DNA of 64,000 nt from the NCBI GenBank assembly GCA_963666315.2, contig CAXXHG010000024.1:86598-150597 (forward strand), given 5' to 3'. Under the pieces are notes generated by a model. That model was given only the letters and a program-made list of their open reading frames with translations. It was not told the DNA's origin and ran no database searches. Source of the DNA: Candidatus Binatia bacterium (lineage in GTDB: Bacteria > Desulfobacterota > Binatia > Bin18). Below, in pieces: positions 28,589-36,640 of the stretch. Position 1 is the first letter of the stretch; every line of letters starts with the position of its first letter. A program made the translations under genes and the position numbers.

Positions 28589-29419
28589 ATGTGGATTGTC
28601 GGCGTAGCTTTGTTACTTGTGGCATCACCCGCGTTTGCGCAACTCGATCTCGATAGCAATGGGAAAGTCGGCATAGGCATCACCGGCCCCAACGCCCGAC
28701 TTCATGTAGTGCACCACGGCGATACGGCGACCTTACGCCTCGCATCAAGTGGCCTCTATTTGACCATGGTGGAGTTTCAGAATACCTCCAATAATACCTG
28801 GTTTCGGATGCGGGCCGACGGCAGTGCGAGTGCGTTTGCGGGCTCGTGGTTGATGGAGAATGTCACCACCGGCGTCTACGTCATGCGGATCAAGCCGGAT
28901 GCGAGCGTAGTCTTTGCTGGTAGCGTCTCGGCGCAGTCATTCGTCCAGACCTCCAGTCGCACCCAGAGGACGGCGATCACGCCGGTCGAGGGCAACGTCG
29001 GTGGGATCTCGGAGCTGGTTGACGTGCTGAACACCGTTGAGCACCGAACGGAAGAGGCGATATTGACCGGCCTGGAGGGAGAAGACGCAGAGTTGGCCGA
29101 GCAGGTGCGCGCCGAGATGTTCACGTTCGAGGATCCGCAAACGGTGGATGACCAGAGTCTGCAAGCGTTAGCGCGGGAGATTGACCGGGACCAGTGGGCT
29201 GCGGCCCTGCGGACGGCAAGTACGGGGTTGAAGGACACGCTCTTCCGGAATATGTCCGAGCGCGCCACGGAGCTGCTGAAAGATGACATGGACGCGGTTG
29301 GTCCCGTGCGGCGCAGCGTGGTAGAGGCCGCCCAGAAAGCCATTTTGGAGACGGCGACGGCACTCGAAGAGGCAGGGACCATCCAGCTCCGCAACCGTAC
29401 CAATGACAGCTTGGTGTAG
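28589..29419 (+). CDS. Chimeric protein: signal peptide, tail-fibre-like beta domain and FliG C-terminal domain
   Basis: GKVGIGITGPNARLHV...FVQTSSR joined in frame to GGISELVDVLN...MFTFED...NMSERATELLKDDMDAVGPVR...EAAQKAI. Confidence 0.8.
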   Translation: MWIVGVALLLVASPAFAQLDLDSNGKVGIGITGPNARLHVVHHGDTATLRLASSGLYLTMVEFQNTSNNTWFRMRADGSASAFAGSWLMENVTTGVYVMRIKPDASVVFAGSVSAQSFVQTSSRTQRTAITPVEGNVGGISELVDVLNTVEHRTEEAILTGLEGEDAELAEQVRAEMFTFEDPQTVDDQSLQALAREIDRDQWAAALRTASTGLKDTLFRNMSERATELLKDDMDAVGPVRRSVVEAAQKAILETATALEEAGTIQLRNRTNDSLV

Positions 29420-29505
29420 GGGTGCACCGCGACGAGGCGGCGAGTTTCGCTACCGCTGGGGCTCAGAGGGTTGGTAAACGCCGGAGTATTCGATATCACC
29501 ACCGT

Positions 29506-29850
29506 ATGTCCAAGCAACGGCTGGCGACAATCTTGCCCCCAAAGCGCCTGACCGGACAGCAGCTACTGTGGGCGGCGGTACTAGATAATGCTGTTCAGAG
29601 TCTTGAACAGCGCGGTATTTACAACTACGGAAGAGGCAACATACGGGGCCAGAAGCGGACCCTGAGGAACGAGTCGCTGACCTGGTTACGGTCAGACCTC
29701 ACCGCACCCGGCAGTTTCATATTTATCTGTGACACATTGGGCATTGATCCTGACTTCCTGCGCGAGCGACTGCTGAAGAAATATGCCGTGGGATCCGGGA
29801 TTGCTGAGGCGGAAGGAAGGTTACGCCGATTCCGCGCCACTTTATCGTGA
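29506..29850 (+). CDS. Hypothetical phage-associated protein
   Basis: LLWAAVLDNAV...W.RSD..PGSFIFICDTLGIDPDFLRERL pattern. Confidence 0.6.
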   Translation: MSKQRLATILPPKRLTGQQLLWAAVLDNAVQSLEQRGIYNYGRGNIRGQKRTLRNESLTWLRSDLTAPGSFIFICDTLGIDPDFLRERLLKKYAVGSGIAEAEGRLRRFRATLS

Positions 29851-30004
29851 CGCCCAGGGTATCCTCACCGGCCAGGTAGATCGGCACGGGTTGGGCCCTT
29901 GGATTGTCGCACAACGAAGGAAGAAAGACACCCTATCGAACGATCAGATCCAGCGATTGGACGCGCTTGGCTTTACCTGGGATGCGAGAAAGAAAGCAGA
30001 TTAG
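29843..30004 (+). pseudogene. Helicase-associated (HA) domain fragment
   Basis: LGPWIVAQRR...LSNDQIQRLDALGFTWD. Confidence 0.65.
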
Positions 30005-30161
30005 ATGACAAGTCACAGCGACCGTCGGCCTCGGGTTCTACGCTTTGTTGGTCGGTCCACTGGGGGCGCACGACGGGATCGGCGCCTTTTTTTGGGGGGG
30101 GGGGGGGGGGTGCTCCTGGCGGTGAGTTTGAGGGGTATCGTCGTACGCGTTGATTCCAGCG

Positions 30162-30416
30162 TCACAAACGCGGCTGTTGCTGCGCCTCCACCAGCCGCTG
30201 TTCCAGGCGGCGCGGAAGATATTTAGATAAATAGCGGCTTTTGCCCGTGTAACGTGGATGGTCCGGCCCGACGAGACTCGCTCCACCGTGGAACTTGCAA
30301 GTTCGCTTGCCAATCGTGGCAGCGCGCCCACATTGCTTCCTCCTCTGCTTCGACAACGCTTGGCAGCGATGGTGTTCGTCATACGGCTCAAACGAGTTGC
30401 GGTCTTGATCTTCCAT
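30162..30416 (-). pseudogene. HGGxSTG-motif phage protein, truncated
   Basis: RCQALSKQRRKQCGRAATIGKRTCKFHGGASLVGPDHP...SKYLP. Confidence 0.65.
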
Positions 30417-30452
30417 GGGGCACCGTCCTTTCACGGAGTACGCACACCATGA

Positions 30453-30977
30453 TTGCACACTTTTCTGTGTGCAGGGGGGGAGACAGGCAACCGACGAGTG
30501 CTGGCACTCACCGCTTGTTTTCTCTTGCGGCCAAAGCTAAAGCCGTGCGAGAATGCGACGGCTCGGTCAGTGCCGATGACAAAGACGTTGGAAGACTTAT
30601 TGCGCCCACGAGTATCGGACTCCTTGCGAAACAACTCTACGCGGTTGTTCTTGAATCAGCGCGGGCAACCCTATATATCGTGTCACAGGGCTTTTAATCG
30701 CGCTGCTAAGCAGGCAGACATTCACGACTTACACTTTCATGACCTACGCCATACTTTCGCGAGCCGCATGGTGATGTCAGGCGCGGACATCCGAACAGTG
30801 CAGGAGTTAATGGGGCACAAGACCATAAGCATGACGTTACGCTACGCGCATTTGTCCGCCGGCCATAAACAGCGTGCGATGGATACGATGGACGGAGAGT
30901 TTTCCAAGAAAAGTCCCGCGATTTCTCACAACACGGCCCATTCAGAGTACTTGCCTAAAATCCTAAAAGCTGTGTAA
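30453..30977 (+). pseudogene. Tyrosine integrase, catalytic C-terminal remnant
   Basis: FHDLRHTFAS, VQELMGHK and MTLRYAHL present; Box I degenerate; no N-terminal domains. Confidence 0.85.
30910..30933 (+). repeat. Putative integrase arm-type site (partner of 26729..26752)
   Basis: 22/24 identity, direct orientation, 52 bp from the att core. Confidence 0.7.
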
Positions 30978-30980
30978 TAT
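30951..30980 (+). promoter_or_regulatory. Element-supplied sigma70-like promoter for tRNA-Ser
   Basis: TTGCCT-N18-TAATAT, 9 bp upstream of the tRNA 5' end. Confidence 0.5.
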
Positions 30981-30989
30981 CACAGACAT

Positions 30990-31077
30990 GGAGGGGTGGC
31001 CGAGTGGTCGATGGCGCCGGTCTTGAAAATCGGTAGAGTCTTATAGGCTCTCGTGGGTTCGAATCCCACCCCCTCCG
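30990..31077 (+). tRNA. tRNA-Ser(TGA), CCA not encoded
   Basis: GGAGGGG/CCCCTCC acceptor stem, G discriminator, CCGGT-CTTGAAA-ATCGG anticodon arm, long variable arm, GTTCGAATC T-loop. Confidence 0.95.
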
Positions 31078-31208
31078 TTGGCCTGCTTACCCGTTTTCAC
31101 CTGCCTTCGAAAATGGCCGTCCTCATGTTGTACTTGCCGCATCACGCTGTAGAAATTCTTGTGAGAACGTCCTGTCAGTGAGGGAAGGCGGCGGCGCGAG
31201 AGACTTCT

Positions 31209-31934
31209 TTATAGAACGCCCAGTGGAGGCATAAGCACGAGTTCGTCCGTATGAATGCTCGCCGGCTGGGTAATGACGTTCAGCATGGCGTTTGCGACGT
31301 CGTCCGCAGACAGCATCTTGCCTCGATCAAGATCCCCGCCACTTTTATCCCACAGGGGCGTATTCACCGCACCCGGAATGACTGCCGTGACTTTCACGCC
31401 GTGTGATCTGACTTCTGCAGCAATCACCTTGGTGAGACCCAGCGCGCCAAACTTCGAAGCCGTATACGCCGACGATCCGGGGAGTATCATTTGGCTCGCA
31501 ATCGACAATACGTTGAGGATATGACCGCTCTTGCGGGCCAGCATGTGAGTGAGTGCATGCCTGCAGCACAGATACATGCCTCGCAGGTTGACGTTCATCA
31601 GCAGATCCCAGTCTTCCGTCCGAGATTCCATTATCGGGCCAAAGGTAGCTTCGCCGGCACTGGTGACGAGAATATCGAGTTGTCCAAATCGCTCGGCCGT
31701 TCGTGTCATGAGGGCCTCAATGTCCGACTCGTTGCCTACGTCCGTCGGAATTGCGAGTGCGTGAGCGCCGCTGTGTGAGCACTCGAGCGCGACTGCTTCC
31801 AAGGTGGTTCGGGTGCGTGCGGCTAAAACGACATGCGCGCCGGCTTGAGACAATGCCCGTGCGGTGGCTCGGCCGATTCCTGAATTTGCGCCGGTGATGA
31901 CGGCAACCCGCCCGGAGAGATTTGCGGCTGTCAT
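31209..31934 (-). CDS. SDR family oxidoreductase
   Basis: TGANSGIG and YTASK motifs; directly downstream of the PTPS gene. Confidence 0.9.
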   Translation of the reverse strand: MTAANLSGRVAVITGANSGIGRATARALSQAGAHVVLAARTRTTLEAVALECSHSGAHALAIPTDVGNESDIEALMTRTAERFGQLDILVTSAGEATFGPIMESRTEDWDLLMNVNLRGMYLCCRHALTHMLARKSGHILNVLSIASQMILPGSSAYTASKFGALGLTKVIAAEVRSHGVKVTAVIPGAVNTPLWDKSGGDLDRGKMLSADDVANAMLNVITQPASIHTDELVLMPPLGVL

Positions 31935-31959
31935 TGCGTCTCCCAAATCACGGTTAATC

Positions 31960-32814
31960 TTACACGGCTTCTTGCCCGTAATACTCGAAGAAGTTCTTGG
32001 GAGTCTCCCAGATACCGACACGAGTCAGCTGGCTGCCCAGGCGGGGGTACAAAAGGTCCCAAATGATCTTGACGATATTCTCTCCAGTCGGATTTAAGCG
32101 GCGAAATTCTTCTGTATCTCGATTGAGATGCTTATGGTCGAAGCGGTCGAGGACTTCTTCTTGAACGATCTGCATAAGCGCTACCAAATCCATGATCATT
32201 CCGGTCTGGGGATCAATCACGCCGTGGACGGTCACCTCAAGTTCATAATTATGCCCATGGCCATGGATATTATTACATTTGCCAAAGATCTTTCGATTCT
32301 CTTCGTCGGAGAGGTCTGGGCTGTGTAAACGGTGTGCAGCGCTAAATCCAAATGATTTGGTGAGTGAGGCCATATTTTTTCCTTCTCCGCCTGTGACATC
32401 CGCCCAGAGTGTAGGCTCTTCGTACAGGCGTACGCGAAAAACTTGGGCGGTGGCACTTTCCGGGTGAACCTTTGCAGAGCGTAGCGTTGCTTCGAGTTCG
32501 TCGCGCATATATGCGACGAGGTTTTCGGTCGTGGGGATACGGGTCTGAAAAGCCGGGTGGTCAAGGTTAATGAATTTGTGATCGAACTGGTTGGTGATGT
32601 CTCTCAGCAGACCGTCCAGCTCCTTGATATTGATCACCATACCTGTGTGTGGATTGCTCTGGCCGCAAACGGTCACGCGGAGTTTATAGTTGTGGCCATG
32701 TCCGTACGGACTGACACATTTGCCAAAGACTTGGAGGTTCTTTTCGTGAGAGAAGGCGGGGTTCCAGTACCGATGAGAAGCCTCAAATTCCACAGATCGA
32801 GTGAGATAATGCAT
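31960..32814 (-). CDS. Dual-domain 6-pyruvoyl-tetrahydropterin synthase (PTPS/QueD family)
   Basis: Two T-fold units: FEASHR...GKCVSPYGHGHNY...PTTEN and FSAAHRL...GKCNNIHGHGHNY...PTGEN. Confidence 0.92.
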   Translation of the reverse strand: MHYLTRSVEFEASHRYWNPAFSHEKNLQVFGKCVSPYGHGHNYKLRVTVCGQSNPHTGMVINIKELDGLLRDITNQFDHKFINLDHPAFQTRIPTTENLVAYMRDELEATLRSAKVHPESATAQVFRVRLYEEPTLWADVTGGEGKNMASLTKSFGFSAAHRLHSPDLSDEENRKIFGKCNNIHGHGHNYELEVTVHGVIDPQTGMIMDLVALMQIVQEEVLDRFDHKHLNRDTEEFRRLNPTGENIVKIIWDLLYPRLGSQLTRVGIWETPKNFFEYYGQEAV

Positions 32815-32944
32815 TGTTTCCCCGGCGTGTGGATACGGCAGTTAGGATGCAGGAATGGGCTGCGAGGGTCAAGTAGGCGAAGCGAGACAAATTGTGCGGA
32901 GCAGACGTAATTTTTCTGAACGGGAGTTCACCGTGTAGTCGGAG

Positions 32945-34234
32945 TCACGGTGCACCACAGGTCAGGAGGGCTATTTCGCGGGGTGTAAAAAGACGGATCC
33001 GTTGGCCTGCCACACCGAGCCCACGGTTGACGTACAGGAAACAATTATTGTGCTCATACTGGCCGCGGGGAAAGCGAGTAATGAAACGGGCTAAGTTAAA
33101 GCGCTGGGCAGCAAATGGCAGGGCGAATTGGCCGCCGTGGGTATGGCCGGATAGTGTCAGATCGATGCCTAGCTCTGCGGCAAAAGGAAAGATATCGGGA
33201 CGATGGGACAGTAAAATACAGGGCTCATTTGGAGGGACGGATGCTTTCAGACTTGCAAGGACAGCGTCGGACTCCAGACCGCGCGTCCAGTCTTTGCCGC
33301 GGTCGTCTAATCCAATGAGGTGTAGCCGTGTTGCCTGGATTGAGAGATGGACGGCGCGATCGCGGAGGAGGGTAATATCAGTGTGACGGATGAGACCATC
33401 AGCAACGGCTTGTGCGCCGGCGTACCCGTCGTGATTGCCCAGACAGGCGAATACGCCGTAGCGCGCGCGTAAATTATTGAGGTGAGGAAAGAAGTCCGGA
33501 ATGTGAGCCGGATTGGCGTCGAGGATATCGCCGGTCAAAATGATCAGGTCTGGATCGAGCGCGTTTGTCTTTTGTACAAACGTTTGCAATTCCTGCTGGG
33601 TCAGGTTCGTGCCGATATGGAGATCGCTTAAATGGACAATATTGAGCGGTGGACCGGTAGGCGGCCAATTGGGTAGTGGCAGGGTGACACGTGATATTTG
33701 GAGCTGTTTTTGGCCCTGGAGGTAGCCGTAGAGGAGCAGCGCGCTGAGGAGCAAGAGACCGCTCGTGGCGGTGACTCTAAACGTGAGCCATACGAGAGCC
33801 GGGATAGATGTCTGTAGAGGAGAAGCAGTGGGCACCACGGTGAGGAGGAGGATGGGAATGAGTGAGAGAACTGTCCATACAGCTCCAAGCAAGGCAAGAA
33901 ATACGAGGCAAAAGACGGCTATGAGACCAAAGCCAAAATAGATACGAAGAAGAAGTCGTACAGGCGCTGGAAGATTGTCCGGACGAAACGAGGTACGGAT
34001 GAGGGTAATATTGAGACTAAAGAATATGAGAGGGAGGAGGAGAGAGGTGTTTGATGCGGGTGGGGGGAGAAGGGGCAGAAAAAGGGTGAACAGCCAAACC
34101 GGAATGAACCATTGGGCGATACTCATACATACGAGCAAGAGGGTGAAGAAGTTGGCGAAGAAGAGCCGCGCAATCGGGTTGGGCGTATGTGAAGATAATG
34201 CGTATGTCTTTGTATCTGAGTCGGCTATTGCCAC
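32945..34234 (-). CDS. Membrane-anchored metallophosphoesterase (YkuE-like)
   Basis: DLH, GD, GNHD, SH and GHTHGGQ motifs; N-terminal TM helices. Confidence 0.9.
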   Translation of the reverse strand: MAIADSDTKTYALSSHTPNPIARLFFANFFTLLLVCMSIAQWFIPVWLFTLFLPLLPPPASNTSLLLPLIFFSLNITLIRTSFRPDNLPAPVRLLLRIYFGFGLIAVFCLVFLALLGAVWTVLSLIPILLLTVVPTASPLQTSIPALVWLTFRVTATSGLLLLSALLLYGYLQGQKQLQISRVTLPLPNWPPTGPPLNIVHLSDLHIGTNLTQQELQTFVQKTNALDPDLIILTGDILDANPAHIPDFFPHLNNLRARYGVFACLGNHDGYAGAQAVADGLIRHTDITLLRDRAVHLSIQATRLHLIGLDDRGKDWTRGLESDAVLASLKASVPPNEPCILLSHRPDIFPFAAELGIDLTLSGHTHGGQFALPFAAQRFNLARFITRFPRGQYEHNNCFLYVNRGLGVAGQRIRLFTPREIALLTCGAP

Positions 34235-34323
34235 AATATTGTCCGCTCAATTCTCTTTGCCTCTTTGGACCAGCTGATAGTGAAGAGTAGAGGAGCGAGG
34301 ACTGCAAGTACATAGGCGGACGA

Positions 34324-35066
34324 CTATTGAATGGGGTCTGCAAGAGCCTGAAGGATATGCATAACGCGTTGGATCTCTTCTGGCTTCACATCCTCGGGCA
34401 ATTCTATGACAGCACGCCGCGCCGCGCCAAGCGGAATTTCTTGTCTACACAGCGCATTCGTAGGAGGGGGCTGGGGGTCTGCGTATGGACGTGAGACGGG
34501 AGGAGGCGGGACGGCTGTCTCCGGTGAGAGCGGGGGGGGGGAGGAGAGGGGATGGGAGAATTAGCTTGGGCACGCAGGATGCCAAGACCTGCAAAGCGAG
34601 AAGAATCAAGAAAGGCGCGAGAGACAACTTCTGCGTTTTTCTTGGTAAATCTATGTTTTATTATTAGTTGGTTAGCAAGATTTATGTCAGAAGGTAAGCC
34701 CGTCTGTTCATATTGAGCCAGAAGGCGTTGGAATATGGTTGGGCGTCCCAGCGCCTCACGCAGCGCGCGACAACGTTCGGTTTCATCAAGAGCGTGCTCA
34801 ATTCGCAGAAAGAGATCGCCTACGCGGAGATCCTTGCCTATTGCTTCGAGGAGCCCGTATTGGCGTAAGCTACTGAGTTTTCTATTAAAAGGTCCGGATT
34901 GAGGGGCCAGACTCAGATGTTCTGATATCGACTCTCGGCTGGTGGCGACCTGGTTTTCTACACGAAAGACCTTACGGGCATCCTCCAGGCACCCTTGGAG
35001 GCTATAAGCCGGAGCATTTGGGCTTTTGGGTCGGGGTATTTTGGCCTCAAACGGCAGAACGTCCAT
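34324..35066 (-). pseudogene. Putative winged-helix DNA-binding protein, frameshifted at a G10 tract
   Basis: GGGAGG RBS; SPNAPAYSL...LSSLRQYGLLE. After the C10 run (minus strand) another frame gives a Pro-rich linker plus RQEIPLGAARRAVIELPEDVKPEEIQRVMHILQAL. Confidence 0.6.
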
Positions 35067-35533
35067 ACTCAACCTCCCAATTTTCACTTATCTACAGGGA
35101 AACAGGCATGTGGGTACAGCAATACACTATCAAGAAATAGATTTTACTCAAGTAAATATAGTAAACGTTACTAAATTTACATTAATTATACAAGTTTCAA
35201 AAGATTCGAAAGTAAAGAGGCAGGAACTCTCCGGTTAGCAATTCTCCGCACGTGAATCAAGTATGAACGTGTAACAGACAAGAGAAATAAGATTCCGGGC
35301 TAAAAGCTAACAAATCAGATATAAAAGATAATAAATAGAGTAATTGTATCTTTTAATAGCTCATTTAATAGCTCTTTCTAAAATCTTTTATCACTTTATA
35401 ATGCGTTTCAGATATCTTTGCTAAAAAATATAGAAATAGCTGATAAGAAATCAATATTACTCCGAATATGACTCTCAGGAAAGTCTATGTCTGCATATTC
35501 TTGTCTATTCTTGGCGTTTATTGCTTCTCTCAA

Positions 35534-35576
35534 CGGAGCTATATGCTTAGCGCCGTGGCGCACGCATATAGCTCCG
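35534..35576. other. Perfect 13-bp inverted repeat (hairpin)
   Basis: CGGAGCTATATGC-N17-GCATATAGCTCCG with an inner GCGCC/GGCGC stem. Confidence 0.7.
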
Positions 35577-35665
35577 CCTCATTCAGCATTGCTCTACATA
35601 ATCGCCCGCTCAAAACCACAGCATAGATAAAATGGCTATTTAGGAGGGGAATTCCCCATCTTTCC

Positions 35666-35694
35666 TTGACCCGAAACGAGAGAGTTCCTATTCT
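35666..35694 (+). promoter_or_regulatory. Sigma70-like promoter of the two-component operon
   Basis: TTGACC-N17-TATTCT. Confidence 0.55.
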
Positions 35695-35911
35695 GCAGTA
35701 ATAGAGAGGTCAGACACTCGCTCTTGCCCCGATCCGGTCTTTATCTCTCAAATACGCGGATGTGGGAACTAAGTCCCGCGGACGTCGGGACTGCAGTACG
35801 CAGGACGGGTGAATGAGGGTAATATATTGAAGCGCCGTATCCCAAAAATCATGAAGAGTGCGTGGAAAATCACGAAGAATACATGCAGAATAATAAGTGA
35901 GGGGGGACACG

Positions 35912-36640
35912 ATGGCGAGCCAGAATCTGAGTAGAGGAGCGACAAAAAAACGACAAGGCCAAGGGGAAGAGGAGAAGGAGGAGATACCGGAGAAAATCTC
36001 GATCGCCCTTGTCGACGATCACCCCATTTTCCTATCCGGCTTACAACAGCTCATTAAAAAGCAGCCGGACTTTGAATTAATAGGCGTTGCGGAAAGCATT
36101 GAGGGCCTGGAGAACCTGCTTGAGCAGGCAAAACCACAGGTCATCCTCATGGATGTCGAGTTGCCTGAAGGGGATGGGATCAGTGCGACGGCTTTTGTCC
36201 GCAAAAAGTCTCCGGAGACAAAAGTGGTGATACTGACCGGCTTTGATAACCCAGACCTCATTTTCCGTGCGCTGAAGGTCGGGGCGGTGGGTTATTTGCT
36301 CAAAAATACGCGTTCAAAAGAAATTCTTGATACACTCAGAAAAGTCGCGGCTGGGGAGGTTTTTCTGAACCCGAATTTAGCCAGCGAATTTTTGCGCGAG
36401 TTTCAGCGCGACCAAGAGGTCGAAGAACTGCGTCGACTGGTGCAAACACTGACAAGGCGAGAGGAAGAAGTCTTGCGACTTGTCGCAACCGGCGCCTCGA
36501 ATAAAGAAATCAGCCAACAGCTCTTTATCAGTGAACTGACCGTCAAAATGCACCTTGCAAGTATCTTTCGGAAATTGCAGGTGAACGATCGAACCAAAGC
36601 CGCGATTTTGGCCCTCAAAGCAGGTTTGGGAGAAGCATGA
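35912..36640 (+). CDS. NarL/FixJ family response regulator
   Basis: VDDHP, ILMD, GAVGYLLK, LTRREEEVL and SNKEISQQLFISELTVKMH. Confidence 0.95.
   Translation: MASQNLSRGATKKRQGQGEEEKEEIPEKISIALVDDHPIFLSGLQQLIKKQPDFELIGVAESIEGLENLLEQAKPQVILMDVELPEGDGISATAFVRKKSPETKVVILTGFDNPDLIFRALKVGAVGYLLKNTRSKEILDTLRKVAAGEVFLNPNLASEFLREFQRDQEVEELRRLVQTLTRREEEVLRLVATGASNKEISQQLFISELTVKMHLASIFRKLQVNDRTKAAILALKAGLGEA

Larger units (their letters stand above)
26559..31032. mobile_element. Decayed integrative element (prophage or satellite remnant) in tRNA-Ser(TGA)
   Basis: Exact 47-bp direct repeat at both ends, a tyrosine integrase remnant next to the tRNA, and phage-like gene fragments. Confidence 0.9.

Noticed and set aside
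28996-29419. A genuine fliG gene or flagellar cluster
   Set aside because: The FliG N-terminal and most of the middle domain are missing, and there are no fliF or fliH neighbours.
30990-31077. Selenocysteine or opal-suppressor tRNA
   Set aside because: The anticodon is TGA, which reads UCA (Ser). tRNA-Sec would have TCA and a longer acceptor stem.
35090-35520. Replication origin suggested by AT richness
   Set aside because: No clustered DnaA boxes or dnaA/dnaN genes were seen, and the window appears to contain the terminus instead.
35771-35780. Third copy of AAGTCCCGCG matching the integrase arm-site core
   Set aside because: It lacks the TCACAACA half, lies outside the element, and is better explained as part of a regulator box or chance.
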